Under the pieces are notes generated by a model. That model was not told the origin of the DNA and did not search any database. It worked only from the letters and a program-made list of their open reading frames with translations. Made by a program: the position numbers and the translations under genes. 29,911 bases of DNA from Prevotellaceae bacterium (GTDB taxonomy: Bacteria; Bacteroidota; Bacteroidia; Bacteroidales; UBA932). Position 1 is the stretch's first letter. Every line of letters starts with the position of its first letter. Positions 8,199 to 17,701 of this stretch are shown one piece after another. Location of the stretch: positions 1 to 29,911 of the forward strand of contig JAIRZR010000274.1 of NCBI GenBank assembly GCA_031267155.1, read 5' to 3'.

Positions 8199-8300
8199 TT
8201 CAGACTGAAATGGACTACTCCGAACAATTTTCCGACTTTTTCCGACTGAAAAAGTTTCCCGCAGGACTGGCTTCCGACTTTTTCAGTCTGAAACGGACTG
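8199..8300. repeat. Short array with 41-42-bp period
   Basis: ttcagactgaaa (8199), ttccgactgaaa (8240) and ttcagtctgaaa (8282). ttccgacttttt occurs at 8230 and 8272. Confidence 0.6.
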
Positions 8301-8389
8301 TGCACAGACGATACCGCTTAATGGTAGGCGACATTTTGAAATACACCCTCTTGCTTTTAGTTTGAAAAAAGCCTCTTTTGGATGCAGAT

Positions 8390-8453
8390 GATTCTGATTT
8401 TCGTCAGAATGACGGCTGCGAATGAGTCCGTCATTGCGGGTTTGACCCAATCC
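8390..8453. repeat. Two GTCATT-family half elements
   Basis: gattctgattttcgtcagaatgac (8390-8413) and gtcattgcgggtttgacccaatcc (8430-8453). The latter is related to the reverse complement of gattgcgggtcaagccgtaatc near 19741. Confidence 0.55.
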
Positions 8454-8740
8454 TCACAACTAACTGCTGGTGCATCCTTTAATTCTGAAAATTGGGGGCA
8501 GAATTTTCAGGATTAGAGAACTAAACTACCTTCGCCTGAAGGCGAAGGGTTTATTTTCGACTAAAGCTGAAAAAGGCTTACGCATTCCTCAATTGTGCAT
8601 TATTGTGTAGAGAGCGTCCAAAAAGTCCCTCACATCGTCACTGCGAGTGTTCGTTTCGTACCGCAACTAAGAGCAAAATGACGTTTAATCAGGACATAAC
8701 ATAAGACGTTATCATAAATCGAAGCAAACCATCATTGTTC

Positions 8741-8812
8741 GTCATTGCGAACGCAGTGAAGCAATCCAGAAACAGGCTACTCTCTGGATTGCTTCACTGC
8801 ATTCGCAATGAA
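8741..8812. repeat. GTCATT-family hairpin with 30-bp near-perfect arms
   Basis: Left arm gtcattgcgaacgcagtgaagcaatccaga and right arm tctggattgcttcactgcattcgcaatgaa (2 mismatches). Confidence 0.85.
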
Positions 8813-8862
8813 GAAAATCCTCCCAGTCATAAATAGCCTCTTAATATGCTACTTACGAAAAC

Positions 8863-8940
8863 ATCATTGTAAGCGAAGCAATCCGGAATACTGTTATTCA
8901 CTGGATTGCTTGGATACTAAACGTTTATTCGCAATGACGG
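8863..8940. repeat. GTCATT-family hairpin (degenerate third copy)
   Basis: atcattgtaagcgaagcaatccgg ... ctggattgcttgg ... ttcgcaatgacgg. Confidence 0.7.
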
Positions 8941-9048
8941 ACATCGACCCTTTTGAAGCGCCTTCTACCTTCCAAAGCTTTTTCAAACTAAAGTCTTCGC
9001 CTAAAGGCGAGGGATTTTCCCCCTGATGTATAAATTAAAACACCTGCT

Positions 9049-12000
9049 TCACTTTGTTATATCCTGTGTCAGGACAATCACGATCTTATACACCCTGTTT
9101 CCGAAACATTCGCCTGCGGGGACGCTGTAGTAAAACTCTATTTGCCGTGCCGGTTCGCCGCGGTATATTACCGGCGTCAGGACGCCGTCCTCGTACGCGG
9201 CTTTACCGTTGAAGACCAGCGCACCGGCGTATGGAGACGAAGCAGGCGACAGGTGGACGAGCGCCGGCGACAGTACAGGCGCGGTGTTCCATGTTCCGGC
9301 GGCTTCGATGCCGAACATCTGGTTTATCTGCAGAGCCTCCGCATGTTTCCAGCACACGGCAACAGTATCGCGGGGCACGAATATCTTTTTGTTCGTTGCC
9401 ACATGGAGATAGACATTCCTGCTTGCCGGCGCGGAGCAATGGCTGGAAGCGTTGTATTTAAAAGTATATACCGACTGCGTGGACGGCACGGAGCCGATTA
9501 TTCCCGTAGTTGCGTTTATTGCAGACACTGTCGGACCTGTCCAGCTAAGCGACGCCAGATCGAGCGTGTCAATGTACTTCGACAGATTGATGTTGCTGCC
9601 GTTCGGGCAGGCTTCTATACGGATATCGGGATAGTTAAGAGTTGTTTTCCTGACCTGTACGGTAAGCGGGATGCGGGAAACGCCGGTGCATTTACCCGAA
9701 ACCGTCCGGATATAAAACGTAGCCGTTTCGGATATCACGCCCATATTTACATCCAGGCTTGCGCCGTTGCCCTCGACGGAAGCCATCAGGTTTCCACCGC
9801 TTGCAGCATCATATATTTCGTAGTACGTTCCCGCACGGGTATTGGATATTGTAATCTTTGCCGGCAAATTGGGACAGGCAGGAGGCGCTCCGAGGTCTGC
9901 CGGCGAGAGCAGCGCTTCCGGTTCGGCGACTGTCACGGGGATGTCCGGCGATACGCAGGTATGGCTGTCCATTACGCGAATATGGTATGTGCCGGCGCTT
10001 AATCCCGATTTGGCGCTGAGCTGAGAGTAAGTATTCCCGTTGTCGAAACTGTAGCGGTATGGCGGAGTTCCGCCGACTGCGTCCGATATGCTTATGGAGC
10101 CGTCGTCTCCGCCGTTACAGCTGACGCCGACCGCGACGGGCGCAGGTATGTGAAGCGCCGGAGGCTGCGAGACATAAACCGTCTCCATCGCTGTGGTACA
10201 GCCGGAAGCGTCCTTCACAACAATCCCGTAAGCGCCGATGGGAAGGTCTGCAATCCTTCCGTCCGCCTGATATGTCGAACCGCCGTCCCTGCTGTACAGG
10301 TATGGAGGAGTTCCGCCGGAAGCGGCGACCTCAATCTTCCCGCCGGCAGTACTGCCATAACAGCTTAAATCGCTCGCCGACGTCCCTGCGCTCAACACTG
10401 CTGCCGGCTGCTCTATCGTCACCGGCAACGCATCCGAGACGCAGCCGGCAGAAGTCCGTATCCTTATCTGATATGTTCCCGCAGCCAGTCCGGGGAATGT
10501 GGAAACTGTCTGCCATGTGTTTCCGTCATCCCTGCTGTAGCCGGCTGCTCCCGGGACGGAAACGGTGATGCTGCCCGTACTCTCCCCGTAACACAATGCC
10601 CCGGTTTTGCTTATGTTCGACAGGGCAAGCGCGGGCTTGGGACTGACTGTTACACTTGTCCTGCTTCGAGCTGTCGAAAGGCAGGATCCCGCCGCCGCTT
10701 CCACATAATATACTGCGGTGGACGCGGGCGCCTTACCCAGACTTATGTCCATAGCCGCTCCCGTACCGGCGCCCGTACCCGCAGGCGTTCTGTCCGAGGG
10801 GCTGGCATATATATTATAGTTTACCCCCTGCTCGCTTGTCGCCAGACGGATAACCGGAACGCTCCCGCTGCATACGGTCGCAGCCGACAGAGCCGGAACC
10901 GCCGGATGCGGTACTACATTTACCCTTACCGGAGTGCGCGGACTTGAAAAACATCCCCTGTTGCCGGATTCGACATAGTAAGTTGTGCCGGCGTTGAGGC
11001 TTACCGTGCACGGAATATTTATCGCGCCTCCGCTGCCTGCCAGCCTTCCGACCTGCACGCCTCCGGTCGGGGCGGTGAAAACACTGTAGGTAAGCGTCGG
11101 GCTTGTGCCGTCTACCCTTATCTCGGGAGTCGCGCCCTGGCATATCGTCGCCGCCGACACATTTCCGGAAAGTATGGCATCCGGTACGGCAAGCACGGTA
11201 AATGTGGAGGTTACGTCCTTGATCTGGTTATACGTATCCCTGATGGCAAGCTTTACGGTATGCCTGCCCAGGAGCTGTCGCTTTGGCATTGTCCAGGTAT
11301 TCATGTCCCGTGCCTGCGTCCGTTCCGTTCCGTCGATATACCATTTCAGCTTGCCCGGTCCACTGCCAAGGGAATACTGTATGCTTGCCCGGAACTCAAA
11401 GTCGGCGTCGCATATATTCTGTCCGTTAATATCCTGAAAATGCAGATTGCCGACATAGAAAGCCGGGTCAAGCTGCCGCGCCGATGCCGCCGCCATATAG
11501 TAGTACGATTCATAATCGCCCAGCCCGTATCCCATGATTGTAAGTCCGCTCGAATTTTGAAACTCGTATGTGCTTTCGGCGCTATTTGACAGGAGCATCG
11601 AATAATACGAATAGCCCGAAGCCGCATTGGCAGTCCACGATCCCCCGCTCAGCGCCCGGGGAGCTCCTCCGGAAACGGAAACGGTAGTGGTGTTTCTTGT
11701 TGACGTGGGAGTTACGATCATGGCATAGTGTGATTTCAGTACGGACGTTCCCACTGCAACAAAGGGAGCTATAAGGGTATGGGCTACCGCCTGCTCCATG
11801 GGAGGAACCCATGTGAAGGCAGGGTCTCCCGTAGCCCTGTCTCCGGAAAAATAGTTCAGTCCTATCAGGAACGCCCCCACGGCAACAGGCTTGCTGGCTA
11901 CAATATAGCATCCGCTGTTCAACTGGTTTATTTCAAGCTCGACCGATCCTCCCGCGTTCAGCGTTAAGGATCCCGATATCAGCGTTCCTCCCGTTTGATG

Positions 12001-12795
12001 GATTACCGTGCCGTTTTGGGAAGCGACAATCCGCACTCTGTCCGTGCCCCTGCTTGTAACCGGCACCAGAAAACGGTTGCCCCATGAAGGCACCGGTACC
12101 AGTTGCTGGAACAGGCAGTCGCATGCGGATACGTTGGATGGAATCCGTACGCACGAGTTTACAGTAAAATAGGCAACCGGCTTGTTTGTCGTGATGTGCT
12201 TGCCCGTATGGTCGGAATTTACTCCGAAATATCTGCAGCAGACCTGTCCCGCATTAAGCGTGGCAAGCAGCGCTCCCTCGTCCCTTATCGTGGTACCGTT
12301 TTCGGTAGCGACAATGCAGTAGCCGTCTCCCGGAGCGGAAATGGACGTGTAGCTCAGATGATAGTAGTCGACGCCCAGATTGCTTACGGGCAGGACATTG
12401 GTGGCGTCGGTTGTATATCTTGCCAGATTAATGGCAAACAGGGCAATGTTTTTATTGCTTGTTATGTGCAGCGACTTGCTGCTTATGCCTGTTGCATTGT
12501 TATACAGGGCGGCTTTTTCGCTGGCGCTTAATGTTCGGGTATATACCTGTCCCGCATTTACATCGACCGTGGCGTTAAGCGTGGCGTCAGCAGTGTATGC
12601 CAGTGAGACCCGCGTATTTTCCGCCGCCACAATTCTTATCTGTAATATCGGGAAATTTGAAGCAAAATTCTCATTTGATCCGTACGTCATCCAGAAATCA
12701 TTTCCCTGTGTGGTAAACTGTCCCTGTCCATAAAGTATATTATTCGCTGCCAGAGCAACAAATGCCAGTAATAGTATTCTTCTCATGTCCGGCAT
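9049..12795 (-). CDS. Large exported adhesin-like protein: IgGFc-binding N-terminal domain, Ig-like repeats, three SprB repeats, unassigned C-terminal domain
   Basis: 1248 aa with signal ending LYG-Q (the start may be MRRILL at 12786). IgGFc_binding-like motifs GNDFWMTY, TTDATNVLPVSNLGVDYY and SYYYMA. Ig repeats of the type ICxG...YxxxxGG...TTYYVE...CxSxRTPV. SprB-like repeats CYGESTGSITV, CYGSTAGGKIEV and CNGGDDGSISI. Confidence 0.85.
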   Translation of the reverse strand: MPDMRRILLLAFVALAANNILYGQGQFTTQGNDFWMTYGSNENFASNFPILQIRIVAAENTRVSLAYTADATLNATVDVNAGQVYTRTLSASEKAALYNNATGISSKSLHITSNKNIALFAINLARYTTDATNVLPVSNLGVDYYHLSYTSISAPGDGYCIVATENGTTIRDEGALLATLNAGQVCCRYFGVNSDHTGKHITTNKPVAYFTVNSCVRIPSNVSACDCLFQQLVPVPSWGNRFLVPVTSRGTDRVRIVASQNGTVIHQTGGTLISGSLTLNAGGSVELEINQLNSGCYIVASKPVAVGAFLIGLNYFSGDRATGDPAFTWVPPMEQAVAHTLIAPFVAVGTSVLKSHYAMIVTPTSTRNTTTVSVSGGAPRALSGGSWTANAASGYSYYSMLLSNSAESTYEFQNSSGLTIMGYGLGDYESYYYMAAASARQLDPAFYVGNLHFQDINGQNICDADFEFRASIQYSLGSGPGKLKWYIDGTERTQARDMNTWTMPKRQLLGRHTVKLAIRDTYNQIKDVTSTFTVLAVPDAILSGNVSAATICQGATPEIRVDGTSPTLTYSVFTAPTGGVQVGRLAGSGGAINIPCTVSLNAGTTYYVESGNRGCFSSPRTPVRVNVVPHPAVPALSAATVCSGSVPVIRLATSEQGVNYNIYASPSDRTPAGTGAGTGAAMDISLGKAPASTAVYYVEAAAGSCLSTARSRTSVTVSPKPALALSNISKTGALCYGESTGSITVSVPGAAGYSRDDGNTWQTVSTFPGLAAGTYQIRIRTSAGCVSDALPVTIEQPAAVLSAGTSASDLSCYGSTAGGKIEVAASGGTPPYLYSRDGGSTYQADGRIADLPIGAYGIVVKDASGCTTAMETVYVSQPPALHIPAPVAVGVSCNGGDDGSISISDAVGGTPPYRYSFDNGNTYSQLSAKSGLSAGTYHIRVMDSHTCVSPDIPVTVAEPEALLSPADLGAPPACPNLPAKITISNTRAGTYYEIYDAASGGNLMASVEGNGASLDVNMGVISETATFYIRTVSGKCTGVSRIPLTVQVRKTTLNYPDIRIEACPNGSNINLSKYIDTLDLASLSWTGPTVSAINATTGIIGSVPSTQSVYTFKYNASSHCSAPASRNVYLHVATNKKIFVPRDTVAVCWKHAEALQINQMFGIEAAGTWNTAPVLSPALVHLSPASSPYAGALVFNGKAAYEDGVLTPVIYRGEPARQIEFYYSVPAGECFGNRVYKIVIVLTQDITK

Positions 12796-13251
12796 TTAAT
12801 TATCAGTTTCGGATATTGCCCTACATTTGAAGATGCACTGTTCTTCTGCCCGGTGCTTTCCGTCAATTACATATTGAACGGTACAGTACAGTTCGAGTTT
12901 TCCCTGCCCGGTCAGACTGTAGCGGTATTCGGCAACATGTGTCGGAAATTCTGCCAGCAGACGGTTACCTTCAATGCTGCATGTGCCCGATTCGCTTATG
13001 CCGGAATATTCAAAAACAATCCTGTCCGCTGAAACAGTTATTTTTTGAGGACGCGCGGCAAACGTAACTGCCGTGTCGCCGGCGAGATATATTCTTGTGG
13101 CGGATACGCCGTCAAGGGTCTTTTTGATAATCGCCGTATCGGCAATCCATGTTCCTGTAAGGTTTTTCTGTGTATCATCCGGCGACCTTTTCCCGTAAAC
13201 TGCCAATACGGTGAAAAGCGCTGTTAAGAGTAAACTGTTTTTTATTATCAT
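12796..13251 (-). CDS. Small exported protein, possibly lipocalin-like beta-barrel
   Basis: 151 aa with an N-terminal hydrophobic stretch. The LTGTW motif resembles the lipocalin-like G-x-W start and the rest is beta-rich. Its TAA directly abuts the ATG of the adhesin gene. Confidence 0.75.
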   Translation of the reverse strand: MIIKNSLLLTALFTVLAVYGKRSPDDTQKNLTGTWIADTAIIKKTLDGVSATRIYLAGDTAVTFAARPQKITVSADRIVFEYSGISESGTCSIEGNRLLAEFPTHVAEYRYSLTGQGKLELYCTVQYVIDGKHRAEEQCIFKCRAISETDN

Positions 13252-14134
13252 AAAACTTTAAACTAATTATTATAATGTATTATATTTATATTCACTTCAA
13301 TATCTGCTCAAACTTTAAACATGCGGCAAATTCCCGCATACTTGCCGAAAGGGCATGCGACATTGATTTTGACTGTCCCGGAACTTCGAATCTGTTCCGA
13401 ATAAATTGACTTGTATTCTCTCTATCTCTTCTCTCTATCTTTCTATCTTCTTAAACATTCGTGTTACTCGCCGCTCGCGGGCAGGAGTTTCCCAACTGTA
13501 AATTATATTCCCTGTGTCCCGTGCCTTTGCGGGATACTGTTTGCATTACTCAATTTACAAATCCTGTGTTATTTATCACAGTCAGTTCGTAAACGCTGTT
13601 CGGGATACAGCTGCTGCTGTCAATATAATTATTCCAAATATACTTCTCTTCTTTTGCCTGTCAAACATGGGACAAAATTATGAACTAATGGTTTCCATTG
13701 CAGCATTTTGCCGAAATATTAACCAAATTTAGCAGGCATTAACATAAATTGGCAGTGAAGGACGTTTATTTGTACAGTTTAAAATAACGGCAGCTGATTT
13801 ATGCTGCATATCAGTAATATGACTTCACACTGCAAGCCTGTTGCAGCCCGAAACCGGACGCCGCAAACAAAAGACGCTATGCCCGTGTATCTCAATTAAT
13901 AATCCAAAAATGACATGTTTCCCGTAAAGATTATTTATATATGTTAAAAAGCATAAAAAATATAAACTGTTAATTGGATGACATAATAAAGGTTTCCGTG
14001 CGCACATGCACGATGTTTATAAAAATTTGAACGACGGTGGCGGGAATTGATGTATGATCGACATGAACACTGACTTTATTATACAGTGCGCGGGCTAAAA
14101 TTGTGAGATAAAAACATAGAGATGCTTCGTATCT

Positions 14135-14324
14135 TTTGACGCCGTAGGCGTCTGATGTGGATAACCCCGTGCAAGCGAAGCGCAGCCTGGGGTACGTATA
14201 TATCTACGATACAACTCCGTATGGAGTTGAACTGCTACGCAGTTCTGATAGAGTGCTGTATATGCCCCGAACTGCGCCTGCGGCTTGTTCGGGGTTATCC
14301 ATATTTGACGCCTTACGGCGTCAG
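14135..14324. repeat. REP/REPIN-like non-autonomous palindromic element, copy 2
   Basis: Terminal hairpins gacgccgtaggcgtc and gacgccttacggcgtc. Inner arms tggataaccccgtgcaagcgaagcgcagcctgggg and ccccgaactgcgcctgcggcttgttcggggttatcca. Central hairpins aactccgtatggagtt and gaactgctacgcagttc. Confidence 0.8.
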
Positions 14325-14408
14325 TCTGCAATGCACAAAACTGCCCCGCGCGTGGTATAATATTGAATTAAAAAAGAAAAAAAGATTTACCGTTAATTCT
14401 CAAGCTAT

Positions 14409-15827
14409 TTATACATGAAAATCTGTGTTTGTAGAATCCAGTTTCAGGAAAATAAACAACAGAATTGTGAAGCTCAGCAGTGAAGAACCTCCGGCGCTGA
14501 TAAACGGCAAGGGTATCCCGATAACGGGGGCAAGTCCGACTGTCATGGCTATGTTTATCATAAAGTGGAAAAATATTATTGAGACGACACAGTATCCGTA
14601 TGTTCTTGAAAATGGCGTTTTTTGCCGTTCTGCCAGCATTATCAGCCGGATCAGCAAAATCAGATACAGGGATACCGTTGCCAGACTGCCGACAAATCCC
14701 CATTCTTCCCCTACTGTACAGAAAATAAAATCAGTGCTTTGCTCGGGGACAAAATTGAGTTTGGTTTGCGTACCCTGCAAAAAACCCTTCCCCGTAAACC
14801 CTCCCGAACCGATTGCCACTTTCGACTGGTAGGTATTGTAGCCTGCGTTTTTTATATCCTCCCTTATGCCGAGCATGTCCTCGATTCTGCTGCGGTGATG
14901 AGCCTGGAGCACATTATTATATACATAATCAACAGAGTAAACCAGTATCGTCGAAAAGAAGAAAAATATGACGATATACCATCTTATCCTCCTGCTCGAA
15001 AGGAAAAGGGGAACGGTTGCGACAAATATCGCCGCAATCATCGCCAGCGTAACAAATATCCCGTATTCAACATCGCTGCCGGAAGCGTGTTTATAGACAA
15101 TTCCCGCCGCAAACACTGCGACGGCGGAGATTAATGTTCTCAGGAACAATACCCTGTCTCCGTATGCAATCCATACAAGAACAAGAGTGAGGCACGCAAT
15201 TCCGGAGATGATCCATATCAGCGGGAAAAGCAGCGAAAATATGAACAGCGCTATCGTAAACACCATGAAAATCAGTATCCAGCCCGACATGCCCTGCCTG
15301 TAGAGGACAAGGAAAAACGAGGTAAACACCAGAGCCGAACCCCAGTCCTTCTGGAGAAGAATCAGTCCCGTGGGCAGGGCGATCACAACAAGCGTTTTCA
15401 GCCAGTTGAGCAGGGAATTGAGCCTGAATCCATACTGATTCAGCAGGCGCGCGAGAGCCAGCGAGGTCGCAAGCTTTGCGATTTCCGAGGGCTGGAAACG
15501 GATCAGGCCGACGTCGAGCCATGACTTCGAGTTCTTTATTTCCGTTCCGATTGCAAGCGTCAGCATCAGCAGGCACAGCACGACTATGTATATGTGGTTT
15601 GCGAAAACGGGATAAAACCGCCTGTTGATAATCATCACGACCGCGGCGGCAAATATGGAGACGAGCGCCCACAGAAACTGCGTCCCGTGCTTTTTCGAAA
15701 AATCGAATATCTCGGAAGTGTCGCTCTGGGTGGAATAGATATTCATCCATCCAAACGCTACCAGCGCGATGTAAACCAGTACGGTCAGCAGGTCGGGGGG
15801 GCTTAATTCTATTCTGTCGCGCATCAT
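14409..15827 (-). CDS. rodA: Rod shape-determining protein RodA (SEDS peptidoglycan glycosyltransferase)
   Basis: 472-aa polytopic membrane protein with SEDS motifs FQPSEIAK, GYNTYQSKVAIGSGG, FVPEQSTDFIF and GIPLPFISAGGSS. Its start overlaps the mrdA stop (ATGA). Confidence 0.95.
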   Translation of the reverse strand: MMRDRIELSPPDLLTVLVYIALVAFGWMNIYSTQSDTSEIFDFSKKHGTQFLWALVSIFAAAVVMIINRRFYPVFANHIYIVVLCLLMLTLAIGTEIKNSKSWLDVGLIRFQPSEIAKLATSLALARLLNQYGFRLNSLLNWLKTLVVIALPTGLILLQKDWGSALVFTSFFLVLYRQGMSGWILIFMVFTIALFIFSLLFPLIWIISGIACLTLVLVWIAYGDRVLFLRTLISAVAVFAAGIVYKHASGSDVEYGIFVTLAMIAAIFVATVPLFLSSRRIRWYIVIFFFFSTILVYSVDYVYNNVLQAHHRSRIEDMLGIREDIKNAGYNTYQSKVAIGSGGFTGKGFLQGTQTKLNFVPEQSTDFIFCTVGEEWGFVGSLATVSLYLILLIRLIMLAERQKTPFSRTYGYCVVSIIFFHFMINIAMTVGLAPVIGIPLPFISAGGSSLLSFTILLFIFLKLDSTNTDFHV

Positions 15828-17638
15828 TTACCGAAAATGTTTGTCAGGAGGTTCATCGTCAATATCCACTGTTCGAGCTCGGTTCTGAGCACATTGCCCT
15901 TCAGGTACTTTTCCAGTACGAGGGAGGCTATCGGAGCGGCAAAGCTTCCGCCGGCGCCCGAATTTTCCACAAAGACGGCGACGGCTATTTTGGGATCGGT
16001 TTTGGGGGCAAAACACACAAACACCGAATGATTTTTGCCGTGGGGATTCTGCGCCGTTCCCGTTTTCCCGCACACTTCTATGCCCGGCACCTGCGCCCGC
16101 CATGCTGTTCCGCCCATCCCCTTTGTCGCCATGTTCATGCCCTCTATCGAATATTCGAAATACTTTTCGGCTATGCCGCTGTACTGTTTTTCGTAGTATT
16201 CCGGCGCTATCCGTTCGTTTTCCCCCACCGTTTTAACGATATGGGGAATGTAATAGAAGCCTTTGTTGGCGATTAGCGCCGTCATGTTTGCCAGTTGCAG
16301 AGTTGTTGCGCCGATTTCTCCCTGTCCGATAGCAAGTGAAATTATGCTTAGCGGATTCCAGCGGTTTACGCCGTAATATCTGTTGTACAGGTTTTTTGAC
16401 GCCACAATACCCGCCTTTTCGTTGGGAAGATCCACGCCCAGCTGCCGTGCAAACCCGAAGCGCATGACCTTTTCCCTCCATACGGTCAGAGCCGAATCTA
16501 CCGAAATGTACTTTTTGTTTTCCAGAATATTGCGGAATGCATAACAGTAGTACGCATTGCATGAAACCATTATGGACTGTATGAAATTCACGGGCGAAAT
16601 GTGTCCGTGACAGGCGACTCCCCTTCCGTACGGATAGTGTCCCGCGCAGTGGCAGGTGGTGTGTGGCGTGAGCGTTCCCTCGTCCAGGCCTATCAGTCCG
16701 TTTACAAGCTTGAAAGTGGAACCGGGAGGCTGCGGAGACATTATTGCCCTGTTGAACATCGGCTTTGTCGGATTGGAGGTCAGTTCGGCATAGTTCTGCT
16801 GACGGTTCAGTCCCGAAAGCGCTGCCGGGTTAAACGTTGGCGACGAGACCAGGGCAAGGATTTCGCCTGTCGAGGGTTCGATTGCGACTATCGAGCCGAG
16901 CTTGTTCTGCATAAGCGTCTGGGCGTATTCCTGCAGATCGGCGTCAATCGAGCAGACCAGGTTTTTGCCGGGGACGGCAGCCGTGTCAAGCCTTCCGTTT
17001 TCGAACGATTCGACGACCCTGTTGCGGGAATCGCGCAGATAGATGCTTGTGCCCTTTTTCCCCCGCAGCGCTGTCTCGTATGATTCTTCGACGCCGCTCA
17101 CTCCGATATAGTCGCCCGGCCTGTAGTAGGCGTTACGGTTGATCGCGGAAGTGTCGGCTTCCTGTATGTATCCCAGTATGTTTCCGCCGATGTTGCGCGG
17201 ATATGTCCGCAGGGTTCTTACTACGGAATAGAATCCCTAGAACCGGTCGGCTCTTTCGCGGAAGACTGCATATTTTTCAGGCGATACCTGCTTGAGGAAC
17301 GTAAATGCCCTGTAGTCCCTGTTTTTTCCCAGTCCCTTCAGTATGCTTCCGACTTCCTCTTTTGAGAGCTGGAATACGGCGCACAGTTCGGCGGTGTCCA
17401 CATTCCTGAGTTCGCGCGGGACGATCATGATGTCGTATGTAGTTACGTTTTCAACTATCAGGTTTCCATTGCGGTCGTATATTATTCCCCTTGCGGGATA
17501 TTCCACGTCATACCTGAAAGCATTGTTTGTCGCCGTGATTTTATACGATTCGTCGATTACCTGCAGAAAAAAAAGCCTCGCCAGCAGTATGCCGGCAATT
17601 GCAGAAATTGTTATTATGATTATGTTCCGCCGAATCAT
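15824..17638 (-). pseudogene. mrdA: Penicillin-binding protein 2 interrupted by one in-frame TAG at 17237-17239
   Basis: The 133-aa ORF (TM anchor and start of the dimerisation domain) and the 425-aa ORF are in the same frame. The junction reads ...ERADRF*GFYSVVRTLRTYPRNIGGNILGYIQE...GDYIGVSGVEESYE. The transpeptidase motifs STFK, SCN and KTG are intact. Confidence 0.85.
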
Positions 17639-17701
17639 ATAATAAGCAGGAACTGAGCGTTAATTCCCGGAGAACCGTAACCGGTTCCCGGTCTTAACCT
17701 G

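Noticed and set aside
13370-13625. Cobalamin-riboswitch-like words (gactgtcccgg, cccaactgtaa, atcccgaacag on the minus strand)
   Set aside because: The words are scattered, on inconsistent strands and not in the required order. An Infernal/Rfam scan would settle it.
17237-17239. Genome-wide TAG recoding (code 15 or pyrrolysine)
   Set aside because: susD ends at the canonical QNPGW with TAG and the NHL gene also ends in TAG. No other long gene is interrupted and no pyl genes are seen.
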